DNA of 41,276 nucleotides from Desulfonatronovibrionaceae bacterium (GTDB lineage Bacteria; Desulfobacterota; Desulfovibrionia; Desulfovibrionales; Desulfonatronovibrionaceae): positions 1 to 41,276 of the forward strand of contig JBKHGE010000019.1 in assembly GCA_046539845.1 (NCBI GenBank). The letters are read 5' to 3'. Shown in pieces: positions 28,725-37,801 of the stretch. How positions within the stretch are numbered: the stretch's first letter is position 1; every line of letters begins with the position of its first letter. A program made the position numbers and the translations under genes. Below the pieces are notes generated by a model. It did not search any database. It saw only the letters and a program-made list of their open reading frames with translations, and was not told the origin of the DNA.

Positions 28725-30588
28725 CAGCTACCATAACAGCCTTGTGCATATTGATCTGACTGAATCAAAGGCCCGGGTCCTGGACCTGCCGGAGCAGCTG
28801 CGGGAAGAATATCTCGGTGGCAAGGGATTTGCGGCCAGACTTATGTATGATCTGCTCCCGGCCGGGACACCGGCCCTGGACCCGGCCAACCCGCTTCTGT
28901 TTTTGACCGGTCCCTTGACCGGGACCAGGGCCCCGTCCATGCGTGGCTGCATTGCCACCAAATCGCCGCTGACCGGAATTTTTCTGGACTCTTATTTCGG
29001 AGGGGAATTTTCCCAGGAGATCAAATTCGCCGGATACGACGGGATAATAATCACCGGAAAGGCCGATGAACCGGTATATATTACCCTAAACGATCAGGAA
29101 GTGGAGATCGTTTTGGCCCAGGATTTGTGGGGCAAAGACGCCTTGGAGACGAACCGGGAGTTAAAAACCCGGCTAAAGGATACAGGCGTCAAAATCGCCG
29201 GGATCGGTCCGGCCGGAGAGAACCTGGTTCCGTTCGCTCTTGTAAGCTGCGAGTACAACCGTCAGGCCGGACGAGGCGGAGCCGGGGCGGTCATGGGTTC
29301 CAAGAACCTCAAGGCCCTGGCTGTGCGCGGGAACAGGCTGGTCCGGGTACACGACCCGACGGGCTTCAGGGAGGCGGTATCCAGGGCCGAATCCGAGCTT
29401 GACGCCTCCGAAGAAATAGAAGTCTTGCGCAGGACCGGCACAGCCAGTGCCGTAGAGTTCGCCAATGAAGCCGGCCTGTTTCCGGTGAACAACTTCCAGG
29501 GCGGCTGGTTCGAAAAGGCGGAGCAGCTCGGGGACAAGGGCCAGTCCAGGCATTTATGGCTCCGGAATATCGCCTGCCAAGGCTGTCCCATCCACTGCAG
29601 CAAGGTCGGCGTGATCAGGCGGGGCAAATACGCAGGTGTTGTCTCGGACACGGTGGAATATGAATCAGCCGGACTGCTGGGGGCCAACCTGGGAATCTCG
29701 GACATCCGGGCCGTGACCCATCTGGCCAGCCTGTGCGACCGGCTCGGACTAGATTCCATGTCCGCAGGCGGGGCGATAGGATTTGCCATGGAGGCCTGCG
29801 AACAGGGACTTATCCCCTCCCCTCCGGGAATTGAGCTCCAATTCGGGAACGTAAAGGCGGCCGAATATCTTATCCGGGGCATGGCCCTGCAGGAAAATGA
29901 GCTGGGGATCCTTTTATCCGGCGGGGTCCGCCGGGCGGCGAAAAAAATCGGTCACAAAAGCGAAGAGTTCGCCCTGCACACCAAGGGATTGGAGACCCCG
30001 GCCTGGGGTCCACGCGGGGTGCTAGGCACCGGCCTGGCCTTTATGACCGCGGACCGCGGCGGATGCCACCAGCGAGGCCTGCCCGCGCCTATTGAGGCAG
30101 TTTACGGCCATTACCTGGGTGAAAAAATCGACCCCCACACAACCGCGGGCAAGGCGGCCATGGTCGTGCACATGCAGAACTATTCCGCGGGAACTGATGC
30201 CTTGGTAAAATGCGATTTCGCCACTGCCGGGATAAGCGACAGCACCTATGCCCGGATGCTCACTGCGGCCACCGGGATAAAACGCGGCCCGGAGTTCCTG
30301 CATCACCTGGGAGCCAAAATATGGAACCTGATCCGGACCTTCAATCTCCGGGAAGGCCTTGATCCGGCTGAAGACCGCTTGCCGCAAAGATTTTTGCGCG
30401 ACCCTGTGCCCGACGGCCCCCAAAAAGGGCAAGTCTATCGCCCGGACGATATCTTTGAAATGCTGCAGGACTATTATGGTTTGCGGGGCTGGGATGAAAA
30501 AGGACGGCCGAAGCCGGATACGCTGCAGGTCATGGGGATCGGGGAAGAACCGCTCCTTAGCCTGAAAGACCCCAAGGGCAATAAATAA
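28717..30588 (+). CDS. aor: tungsten-type aldehyde:ferredoxin oxidoreductase (AOR/WOR family)
   Basis: Motifs LGGKGF, KSPLTG, IGPAGEN, GRGGAGAVMGSKNLKA, CQGCPIHC, EYES, CDRLGLD and RGGCH. Confidence 0.93.
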   Translation: MNNSYHNSLVHIDLTESKARVLDLPEQLREEYLGGKGFAARLMYDLLPAGTPALDPANPLLFLTGPLTGTRAPSMRGCIATKSPLTGIFLDSYFGGEFSQEIKFAGYDGIIITGKADEPVYITLNDQEVEIVLAQDLWGKDALETNRELKTRLKDTGVKIAGIGPAGENLVPFALVSCEYNRQAGRGGAGAVMGSKNLKALAVRGNRLVRVHDPTGFREAVSRAESELDASEEIEVLRRTGTASAVEFANEAGLFPVNNFQGGWFEKAEQLGDKGQSRHLWLRNIACQGCPIHCSKVGVIRRGKYAGVVSDTVEYESAGLLGANLGISDIRAVTHLASLCDRLGLDSMSAGGAIGFAMEACEQGLIPSPPGIELQFGNVKAAEYLIRGMALQENELGILLSGGVRRAAKKIGHKSEEFALHTKGLETPAWGPRGVLGTGLAFMTADRGGCHQRGLPAPIEAVYGHYLGEKIDPHTTAGKAAMVVHMQNYSAGTDALVKCDFATAGISDSTYARMLTAATGIKRGPEFLHHLGAKIWNLIRTFNLREGLDPAEDRLPQRFLRDPVPDGPQKGQVYRPDDIFEMLQDYYGLRGWDEKGRPKPDTLQVMGIGEEPLLSLKDPKGNK

Positions 30589-30825
30589 AAATTCTCATTC
30601 AATAACCACGGTTTTTCTTGACCGGTATCATCCTTATCGCTAATTTGCGGATACAAAGCGGTCAAAATCCGCTTCTACTGGATATTCCGGTACTCCGAGC
30701 CCAGAACATGGAAAACGAGTCCCGGAATATTTTAATGCACCTATTTTCGCCGCCCGGACCCGGCGGCAAGCAAAGGTGACTCCAAGGATCCCGGGTAAAG
30801 CACGCCCTCGTCTAAGGACTGATAC

Positions 30826-31323
30826 ATGCTAAAAGACGGTGAAATCCGCGTCCTGCTGGTTGACGACGAACAGACCCTTCTCGAGTTTCTGGCCCGACGG
30901 CTGGAGCGGCAGGGCTTTACCGTCCACGTGGCTTTTTCCGGGGAAGAGGCCCTGGGAGAGGTCACCGAGAATCCCTATGATGTGGCTGTGGTCAATACCA
31001 ATCTGAGCGGCATGAACGGGATAAGGACCCAGAACATGCTCCGGGAGATCCAGCCCGATCTGCAGTGCATCGTCATCACTCAGATGGATTGCGTCTCGGA
31101 TGCTTTACCCTGGGAGACCCAACAATGCTCGTTTTGCCGTTTCTTGTACAAACCGGTCGACTTCCAGAGCTTGGCCTCGACTATTCAGGAACTGTACAAA
31201 GAAAGGCAGAAAGAAAAAAAGCAAAACCTGCAGGCAGAGCAGGGCTCTTTCCAATCCCCTCCATCCGGTTTGCGGGGGTTTTTGCGCAAGCTGAAGGGGC
31301 TCTATGGGATCCCTGGGCAATGA
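30826..31323 (+). CDS. atypical single-domain response regulator (receiver domain, phospho-Asp replaced by Asn)
   Basis: IRVLLVDDE...YDVAVVNTNLSGMNG...FLYKPV, followed by a C-terminal extension. Confidence 0.82.
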   Translation: MLKDGEIRVLLVDDEQTLLEFLARRLERQGFTVHVAFSGEEALGEVTENPYDVAVVNTNLSGMNGIRTQNMLREIQPDLQCIVITQMDCVSDALPWETQQCSFCRFLYKPVDFQSLASTIQELYKERQKEKKQNLQAEQGSFQSPPSGLRGFLRKLKGLYGIPGQ

Positions 31324-31557
31324 TCGAGTCAAAAATAGAGTTCTGCTGAACCGGGCCTTGACCGGCTGTTGAAAATACCCTTATAGCCCAGCCGTTTGAA
31401 GGCCCAAGGTACGGGACACAAGGATTCACGGCCTCAACATACTGAACATAATACTTCGTACTTATTGTTGCTTTGCCGCCGTTGGGCCTTTAAGGGCGGC
31501 CAGTTAAACCCGGCCGGGGCTCAGACGGGCCGGGGACAAACAAAAGAGAGGGAAAGC

Positions 31558-32115
31558 ATGAGCACTGTATCCCGGATCCCGGGAAACAGACCGGGCCCGG
31601 CCAAAGCAGCCGCCGGCCGCCTGACCCGGAAGACTGCCTCGTTTTTTTTGACCTTTTTCCTGATGTTCGGCCTGTGGATAGTGTTTTCCGGGGTATTTGA
31701 GCCCATGTTCTTGTCTTTGGGCGCGGTCTCCAGTCTTTTGGTAGCCGGGATGTACCATCAATTTTTGTTTCCTTATCCCCGGGCAATCTATCTGAAATTC
31801 GTGGTCGTGTTCACCGCATATCTGTTCTGGCTTCTATGGCAGGTGCTCAAGGCCAATCTGCACATTATGCGCCTCATCTTCCATCCCCGATTGATGGAGC
31901 TCATTGATCCGCATATCATCACCTTCAAAACACCGCTTAGAAATACCCTGTCTTTGACCACAATGGGCAATTCCATCACCCTGACCCCCGGGACCGTGAC
32001 CATTAATGTGGATACAGAAGGCAAATTCCAGGTACATTCCATTGACCGACCGTCCTCTCACGGACTGATTTCCGGACCCATGGCGCAAAAAATAAAGCGT
32101 ATATTCGGGGAATAA
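31558..32115 (+). CDS. mrpE: Mrp Na+/H+ antiporter subunit E
   Basis: VLKANLHI...GNSITLTPGTVTI...VHSI. Confidence 0.92.
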   Translation: MSTVSRIPGNRPGPAKAAAGRLTRKTASFFLTFFLMFGLWIVFSGVFEPMFLSLGAVSSLLVAGMYHQFLFPYPRAIYLKFVVVFTAYLFWLLWQVLKANLHIMRLIFHPRLMELIDPHIITFKTPLRNTLSLTTMGNSITLTPGTVTINVDTEGKFQVHSIDRPSSHGLISGPMAQKIKRIFGE

Positions 32116-32118
32116 CGC

Positions 32119-32391
32119 ATGGATCATTTTACTCTCTTTACCGCCCTTTTTCTATGCATGCTCATGCTCATATCCCTGTATCGGGCAGTCTTCGGTCCGA
32201 CTGTACTGGACCGACTCATAGGGGCCAACGCCATCGGGACCAAGACCGTTGTCCTCCTCCTGGTTATCGGCTTCTTATACGACCGGGTGGACATGTTCGT
32301 GGATATCGCTTTGACCTATGCCCTGCTCAATTTCGTGACCGTATTGGCCGCCTCCAAATACTTCTACAAAAAAAGAGGCCTGCGGAAATAA
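32119..32391 (+). CDS. mrpF: Mrp subunit F
   Basis: RAVFGPTVLDRLIG...DIALTYALLNF. Confidence 0.93.
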   Translation: MDHFTLFTALFLCMLMLISLYRAVFGPTVLDRLIGANAIGTKTVVLLLVIGFLYDRVDMFVDIALTYALLNFVTVLAASKYFYKKRGLRK

Positions 32392-32413
32392 CCGGAAAAG
32401 GGGTCTTACTCTT

Positions 32414-32749
32414 ATGCTCGAACTTATTTTAAACGCATTGGTTATATTCTTTCTGTGCTGCGGGCTTATACTCTTCACCGGCGGAGGAGTGGGTATTCTG
32501 CGTATGCCGGACTTCTACACCCGGGTGCACGCGGCCGGCAAGCTGGACACCCTGGGCACCCTGTTTATGATCCTGGGTCTGGCGATTTACAATATTGACT
32601 GGTCCCAACCGGAACTCAGCCAGATACTTGCCAGCATAAAGATGCTGCTTATCGTGGTCTTTATCTTTTACGCCTCGCCCACTGCCACGCACGCCATTGT
32701 TGACGCGGGCATCAAGGCGGGTATGCCCCCCTGGCAGAAGAAAAAATAA
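32414..32749 (+). CDS. mrpG: Mrp subunit G
   Basis: GILRMPDFYTRVHAAGKLDTLG...SPTATHAI. Confidence 0.94.
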   Translation: MLELILNALVIFFLCCGLILFTGGGVGILRMPDFYTRVHAAGKLDTLGTLFMILGLAIYNIDWSQPELSQILASIKMLLIVVFIFYASPTATHAIVDAGIKAGMPPWQKKK

Positions 32750-32760
32750 AGGAGGAGTCG

Positions 32761-33006
32761 ATGCATTGGCCCATTGACCTGATCATTTTGACTCTGGTCA
32801 TCATCTGCGCGGTGACCGCGATCTCGGTGCGCGACCTTTTGGGCACCGCGGTTCTCTTCGGCGCCTACAGTTTTATGATGTGCCTTTTGTGGGCCAATAT
32901 GGGTGCGGTTGACGTGGCTTTTACCGAAGCCTCGGTGGGCGCGGGGGTAAGTTCGGTATTCGTGATCGCCGCTGTATTCAGAACCACACGGAGAACAAAA
33001 GATTGA
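32761..33006 (+). CDS. Mrp-associated DUF4040 membrane subunit (MrpA C-terminal/MbhD-like piece)
   Basis: RDLL...GAVDVAFTEASVGAG. Confidence 0.85.
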   Translation: MHWPIDLIILTLVIICAVTAISVRDLLGTAVLFGAYSFMMCLLWANMGAVDVAFTEASVGAGVSSVFVIAAVFRTTRRTKD

Positions 33007-33830
33007 AGATCTTAGGTCTTGCCATAGTCATTGTCTGCGGGGCGCTACTTCTGTACGCCACTCAGGACTTCCCGGCCTGGGGGGACCCGACCGCTCCGGT
33101 GCATACCCATCTGTCGCCTCATTTCATCACCGAGGCCCTGCACGAAACCGGAGCGCCCAACTTGGTCACCGCTGTTTTGGCTGATTACCGCAGCTACGAT
33201 ACCATGTTCGAGACAGTGGTCGTATTCTGCGCCGGCATAGTGTGCATCCTTTTGCTGCGCACATATGTCCAGAGTACCCGGGGGCAGGAATACCGCCATG
33301 TGCCCACCGGGGTGATCCTGCATATCCAGAATCCGGAGAAAAGCCCTAAAAACATGCGCGAATTCGAATTCGTCGATAATATGTGGGTCCCGCAGGACCT
33401 AATAATCAAGACCTTGAGCCGCCTGCTCATACCATTCACCCAGATCTTTGCCCTGTATGTAGTGGCCCACGGGGACTTCAGTCCCGGGGGCGGATTCCAG
33501 GGAGGAGTCATTTTCGGGGCCAGTCTGATCCTTATGGCCATCTCCTTTGACCTGCGCTTTGCTTTGCGCAGGATATCGGAAAAGGTTCTCGGGCTGCTCT
33601 GCGCCCTGGGGGTGGTTATCTACTCCGGGATCGGAATGGCCTGCATGTTTCTGGGCGGGAACTTCCTGGATTACAGCCGGCTGGCTGCGGTTCTGCCTGT
33701 TGAAGAGCCCTATATCCGGGCCCTGGGCATGCTGGGCGTGGAAATCGGGGTCGGCTTCACGGTCATGGCGGTCATGGTCATCCTGTATACCAATATCGCC
33801 TCCCTGGGCCGGCACAGACAGGGGCTATAA
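33003..33830 (+). CDS. mrpB: Mrp subunit B (MbhE-like plus MnhB domains)
   Basis: Motifs NLVTAVLADYRSYDTMFE, HGDFSPGGGFQGGVI and EIGVG. Confidence 0.9.
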   Translation: MKILGLAIVIVCGALLLYATQDFPAWGDPTAPVHTHLSPHFITEALHETGAPNLVTAVLADYRSYDTMFETVVVFCAGIVCILLLRTYVQSTRGQEYRHVPTGVILHIQNPEKSPKNMREFEFVDNMWVPQDLIIKTLSRLLIPFTQIFALYVVAHGDFSPGGGFQGGVIFGASLILMAISFDLRFALRRISEKVLGLLCALGVVIYSGIGMACMFLGGNFLDYSRLAAVLPVEEPYIRALGMLGVEIGVGFTVMAVMVILYTNIASLGRHRQGL

Positions 33831-33916
33831 AAGCTCTCGCATTGCGGACAAGAATCCGGGCGGGCCGGAGGGTCGAAAACGTCCGCTCAAAAACACAATT
33901 GGTACGGATATCACAA

Positions 33917-34318
33917 ATGCCTGATCTACTTTCGGAAATTGTCAACAAATACAATTACTGGCTGTATATCATCCTCATGATGATCGGTCTGTACGCCATG
34001 ATCGCCAAGAACAACCTGATCAAAAAACTGGTGGGCATGAATATATTTCAAACCGCCATTATCCTGTTTTTCATATCCCTGGGCTACAAAAAAAACGCGA
34101 CCATTCCCATAATCTCCGGCGGACACGGCAAAGACGCGGCCCATCTAAGCATAGATGCGGCACAGTACATAAACCCCTTGCCCCACGTGCTTATGCTTAC
34201 GGCCATCGTGGTTTCCGTGGCCACTTTGGGCGTGGCCCTGGCCCTGATCCTGATGATCTACAAGCGGTATCAGACCCTGGAAGAAGATGAACTCAGAATG
34301 CGGATTAAACAGAGATGA
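33917..34318 (+). CDS. mrpC: Mrp subunit C
   Basis: NLIKKLVG...NPLPHVLMLTAIVV. Confidence 0.93.
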   Translation: MPDLLSEIVNKYNYWLYIILMMIGLYAMIAKNNLIKKLVGMNIFQTAIILFFISLGYKKNATIPIISGGHGKDAAHLSIDAAQYINPLPHVLMLTAIVVSVATLGVALALILMIYKRYQTLEEDELRMRIKQR

Positions 34319-35811
34319 GCGAACACTATCCGGTACTGATAATCCTGGCCCCGCTTTTGGCCGCTTTCTTGAACTCCGGCCTACTGTGGCTCAACAGGCG
34401 GATGTGCTACCCGATTACCGCGCTCGGGATCGGGGCCAGCCTTTACTTCTGCATAGGGCTTTTGCTCCAGGTCCTGACTACCGGGCCGGTCACCTATCAT
34501 TTGGGCGGCTGGGCCCCGCCCATGGGTATAGAGCTCAGGATCGACCACCTGAGCGCCTTGGTCCTCCTGCTTATCCCACCGGTAGCCCTGGTGAATATAT
34601 TGGCCAGCCGCAAGAATGTGCACGAAGAACTGACCTTTAAAAGCGGGGCCTTTTACACCGTATACCTGCTTTTTGTGGCCGGACTCCTTGGCATCGTGGC
34701 CACCGCGGATCTGTTCAACCTGTATGTGCTCTTGGAAATCACCTCTTTGGCCGCCTACGCCCTTTTGGCCATGGGCGACCCGGACCGGGCCCCGCTGGCC
34801 AGCCTGAACTACGTATTTCTGGGGGTGATCGGGGCCAGCTTCTATCTGCTCGGGGTGGGCTATCTGTATATAATGACCGGTTCTTTGAACATGGGTGATG
34901 TGCACTCCCTGCTCCCGCCGATCCTCGAGTCTCCGGCCATCATGGCTGCTTTTGTCTTCTGCCTGGTCGGTGTGTGGATCAAAATGGGGCTTTTTCCCTT
35001 GCATACCTGGATGCCCAATGCCTATGCCTATGCCCCGGTATCCTCCAATCGCCTGATTGCCCCGCTTATGACCAAGGTCATGGTCTACGTGATGATCAGG
35101 ATCATGATCTCTGTCTTCGGCCTGGACTATATCTTCGGGCAGCTGGCTCTGCAAAAATGGGTGCTTATTCTGGCCAGTGCGGCCATAATCGCAGGCGCGG
35201 TCATGGCCCTGGCCCAGAGGGATCTTTTGAAGATGGCCGCATACATCATTGTCTGCGAAATCGGCTATATGGTCGGCGGGGTGTGGCTTGGAAACAATGC
35301 GGGCATGACCGGGTCCATCCTGCACATAGTTAACGACGTGGTCATGACCTTTGCCCTGTTTCTGGCCATCGGGAACATAATCTATATACGGAAGAAAGCG
35401 GATTTTGAACACCTGCGCGGTCTATTCACCACCATGCCCTGGACCATGGCCGGACTATTTTTGACCGGGGCGAGCATCATCGGAGTCCCCCCGACCTGCG
35501 GGTTCTTCAGCAAATGGTATCTCTTGCTCGGGGGGATAGAGGCCGGGTCCTGGCATTTTGTCAGCGCCCTTATCCTGAGCAGTCTGGTATGGGCCATCCT
35601 TTTTTTCCGCATAGTGGAAATTGCCTTTTTCTCGGAAGAAAATCACTCCAGCCACGGCGGGCCCGACCCGGCCCCGGCATTAAACGAGGCCCCGGTATCC
35701 ATGCTTATTCCCCTCGGCTTGGCCGGAACCGCGGTCATAGCCTTAGGCATATGGTCCGGCTACATAGTGCAGTACGTCATTCTCCCCTTTACTCAACAAG
35801 GTATTAGCTGA
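34315..35811 (+). CDS. mrpD: Mrp antiporter-like subunit D (copy 1)
   Basis: Motifs DLFNLYVLLEI, IKMGLFPLHTWMPNAY and GFFSKWYL. Confidence 0.9.
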   Translation: MSEHYPVLIILAPLLAAFLNSGLLWLNRRMCYPITALGIGASLYFCIGLLLQVLTTGPVTYHLGGWAPPMGIELRIDHLSALVLLLIPPVALVNILASRKNVHEELTFKSGAFYTVYLLFVAGLLGIVATADLFNLYVLLEITSLAAYALLAMGDPDRAPLASLNYVFLGVIGASFYLLGVGYLYIMTGSLNMGDVHSLLPPILESPAIMAAFVFCLVGVWIKMGLFPLHTWMPNAYAYAPVSSNRLIAPLMTKVMVYVMIRIMISVFGLDYIFGQLALQKWVLILASAAIIAGAVMALAQRDLLKMAAYIIVCEIGYMVGGVWLGNNAGMTGSILHIVNDVVMTFALFLAIGNIIYIRKKADFEHLRGLFTTMPWTMAGLFLTGASIIGVPPTCGFFSKWYLLLGGIEAGSWHFVSALILSSLVWAILFFRIVEIAFFSEENHSSHGGPDPAPALNEAPVSMLIPLGLAGTAVIALGIWSGYIVQYVILPFTQQGIS

Positions 35812-35813
35812 TA

Positions 35814-37313
35814 ATGGATGCGATCGTCTCTCTACGCCCTCTGTTTGCGGTCCTGGTGTCTGCACTGATCATCCCGGTGCTTATGTCCAGCGGGAAGCAT
35901 CCGAACGTGCGCGAGGCCTGGACCTTTACCGCCGCGTTTGCCAAGTTCGGCCTGATTGTGTCCATGCTCCCCGGCGTTTTGCAGGGCCGGATATACATGT
36001 TTACCGTGAGCACCCCGTTTCCAGGCCTGCCCATTGAATTACGCGTGGACGCTTTGGGCATGCTCTTTGCCTTGGTGGCCTCGTTTCTATGGATATTCAC
36101 CACTCTGTATTCAATAGGCTACATGCGGGGACTGAAAGAGCACGGCCAGACCAGATTTTTCTCCTTTTTCGCCCTGTCCTTGTCCAGCACCATAGGCGCG
36201 GCTTTTTCCGCCAACCTGTTCACCCTGTATCTGTTCTACGAGATACTGTCTCTGTCCACGTATCCATTGGTCGTGCACCACCAGGACAGAGAATCCAAGA
36301 TCTCCGGCCGGAAATATCTGGGCTTTATTCTGGGCACTTCCGTGGGGCTGGTTCTGCCGGCCATGCTCATCTGCTATCACTACGCCGGGACCCTGGATTT
36401 TACCCCGGGCGGGATTTTGTCCGGTCAGGTCCCGATATCCATGCTCGTTCCCCTGCTTCTCTTGTTTGTCTTCGGGTTTGCCAAGGCCGCGATCATGCCT
36501 TTCCACCCCTGGCTGCCAGCGGCCATGGTCGCTCCCACCCCGGTCTCAGCTCTGCTCCATGCCGTGGCAGTAGTCAAGGTAGGCGCTTTCTCTGTGTACC
36601 GGGTAATTACCGGGATCTTCGGGGTGGACCTTTTGGCTGAATACGGGCTGAACGAAATCAGTATGTACTTGGCCGGGATCACCATAATCGGGGCCTCGCT
36701 TATCGCCCTGAGCCAGGACAACCTGAAACGCAGACTGGCCTTTTCCACCATCAGCCAATTGTCCTATATCGTCCTCGGCGCATCCATGCTCGGCGGCAGC
36801 GCTTTGCTTGGCGGGGCGCTGCATATCGCCAATCACGCGTTTATGAAGATCACCCTGTTTTTTTGCGCCGGGGCCATTTTTGTCCGGCACAAAAAGAAAA
36901 ACATAAGCGAACTTGACGGGATCGGATACAAAATGCCCTTTACCATGGGGGCCTTTGCCATCGGCGCCCTGGGTATGGTCGGTCTGCCACCAGTAGCCGG
37001 ATTCGTGAGTAAATGGTATCTGTGCCTCGGGGCCCTGGAAACCGGCCAGATCCTATTTCTGATCGTGCTTTTGCTGAGTTCGCTCTTAAATGCGGCCTAT
37101 TTCTTCCCCATACTCTATCGGGCCTTTTTTCGCCGACCAACGGAATGGAGACCGGGACAAAGGATAGAGACGGCTGAAGCACCGCTCACTCTTGTTTTCC
37201 CGCTTTGTTGCACCGCCTTTTACTCCGTAGTTCTGGGCATATATCCGGATCTTCCATTCCAGATCATGCAGCTGGCCCAAACAGCGGTCATTCAAATCAC
37301 ACCTGGAGGCTGA
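35814..37313 (+). CDS. mrpD: Mrp antiporter-like subunit D/A-type (copy 2)
   Basis: Motifs LYLFYEI, AKAAIMPFHPWLPAAMVAPTPVSALLHA, LKRRLAFSTISQL and GFVSKWYL. Confidence 0.9.
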   Translation: MDAIVSLRPLFAVLVSALIIPVLMSSGKHPNVREAWTFTAAFAKFGLIVSMLPGVLQGRIYMFTVSTPFPGLPIELRVDALGMLFALVASFLWIFTTLYSIGYMRGLKEHGQTRFFSFFALSLSSTIGAAFSANLFTLYLFYEILSLSTYPLVVHHQDRESKISGRKYLGFILGTSVGLVLPAMLICYHYAGTLDFTPGGILSGQVPISMLVPLLLLFVFGFAKAAIMPFHPWLPAAMVAPTPVSALLHAVAVVKVGAFSVYRVITGIFGVDLLAEYGLNEISMYLAGITIIGASLIALSQDNLKRRLAFSTISQLSYIVLGASMLGGSALLGGALHIANHAFMKITLFFCAGAIFVRHKKKNISELDGIGYKMPFTMGAFAIGALGMVGLPPVAGFVSKWYLCLGALETGQILFLIVLLLSSLLNAAYFFPILYRAFFRRPTEWRPGQRIETAEAPLTLVFPLCCTAFYSVVLGIYPDLPFQIMQLAQTAVIQITPGG

Positions 37314-37318
37314 CCGGC

Positions 37319-37801
37319 ATGAGCAGACAAGCATACATTACAGTGATAATCAGTCTGGGCATCTTTTGCCTCTTGGATCTGCTGCACACCCCAAAGCATC
37401 AGGGCGAATATTTCTGGCACGTCACCCCGGCGTTTAACGCCGTGTACGGCTTTCTGGGGTGCGCCTTGATTGTGGTGGTCTCCAAGGCCATAGGCAAATA
37501 TTGGCTCTGGGTGGAAACCACCTCGGTGCCGCTGCCCAAAAAGGCCTTTGCCGCAAATGCCCGGGAAGTCACGGTTGTCAACTGGTTTGTCACTGAAGGC
37601 GATCAGGTGCAGGAGGGGCAGGAGCTGGTGGAGCTAAAGATCGGCGCACGGCGACCGATAATCGGCTCACCCCAGTCAGGGACTATAATGCAGCGCTTTG
37701 TGGATCAAAACGATATTATCCGCCCCGGGGAAACCCTGGTCAATCTCCGGGTGGACGAATCCATGGAACAGGTTGACGACAGGGTGATCATCAATGGTTA
37801 A
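37319..37801 (+). CDS. small 2-TM Mrp-associated membrane protein fused to a biotinyl/lipoyl-like domain
   Basis: N-terminal hydrophobic helices (FWHVTPAFNAVYGFLGCALIVVVSKAIGKYWL). C-terminal VTVVNWFVTEGDQVQEGQELVEL...SPQSGTI...PGETLV. Overlaps the next gene's start. Confidence 0.8.
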   Translation: MSRQAYITVIISLGIFCLLDLLHTPKHQGEYFWHVTPAFNAVYGFLGCALIVVVSKAIGKYWLWVETTSVPLPKKAFAANAREVTVVNWFVTEGDQVQEGQELVELKIGARRPIIGSPQSGTIMQRFVDQNDIIRPGETLVNLRVDESMEQVDDRVIING

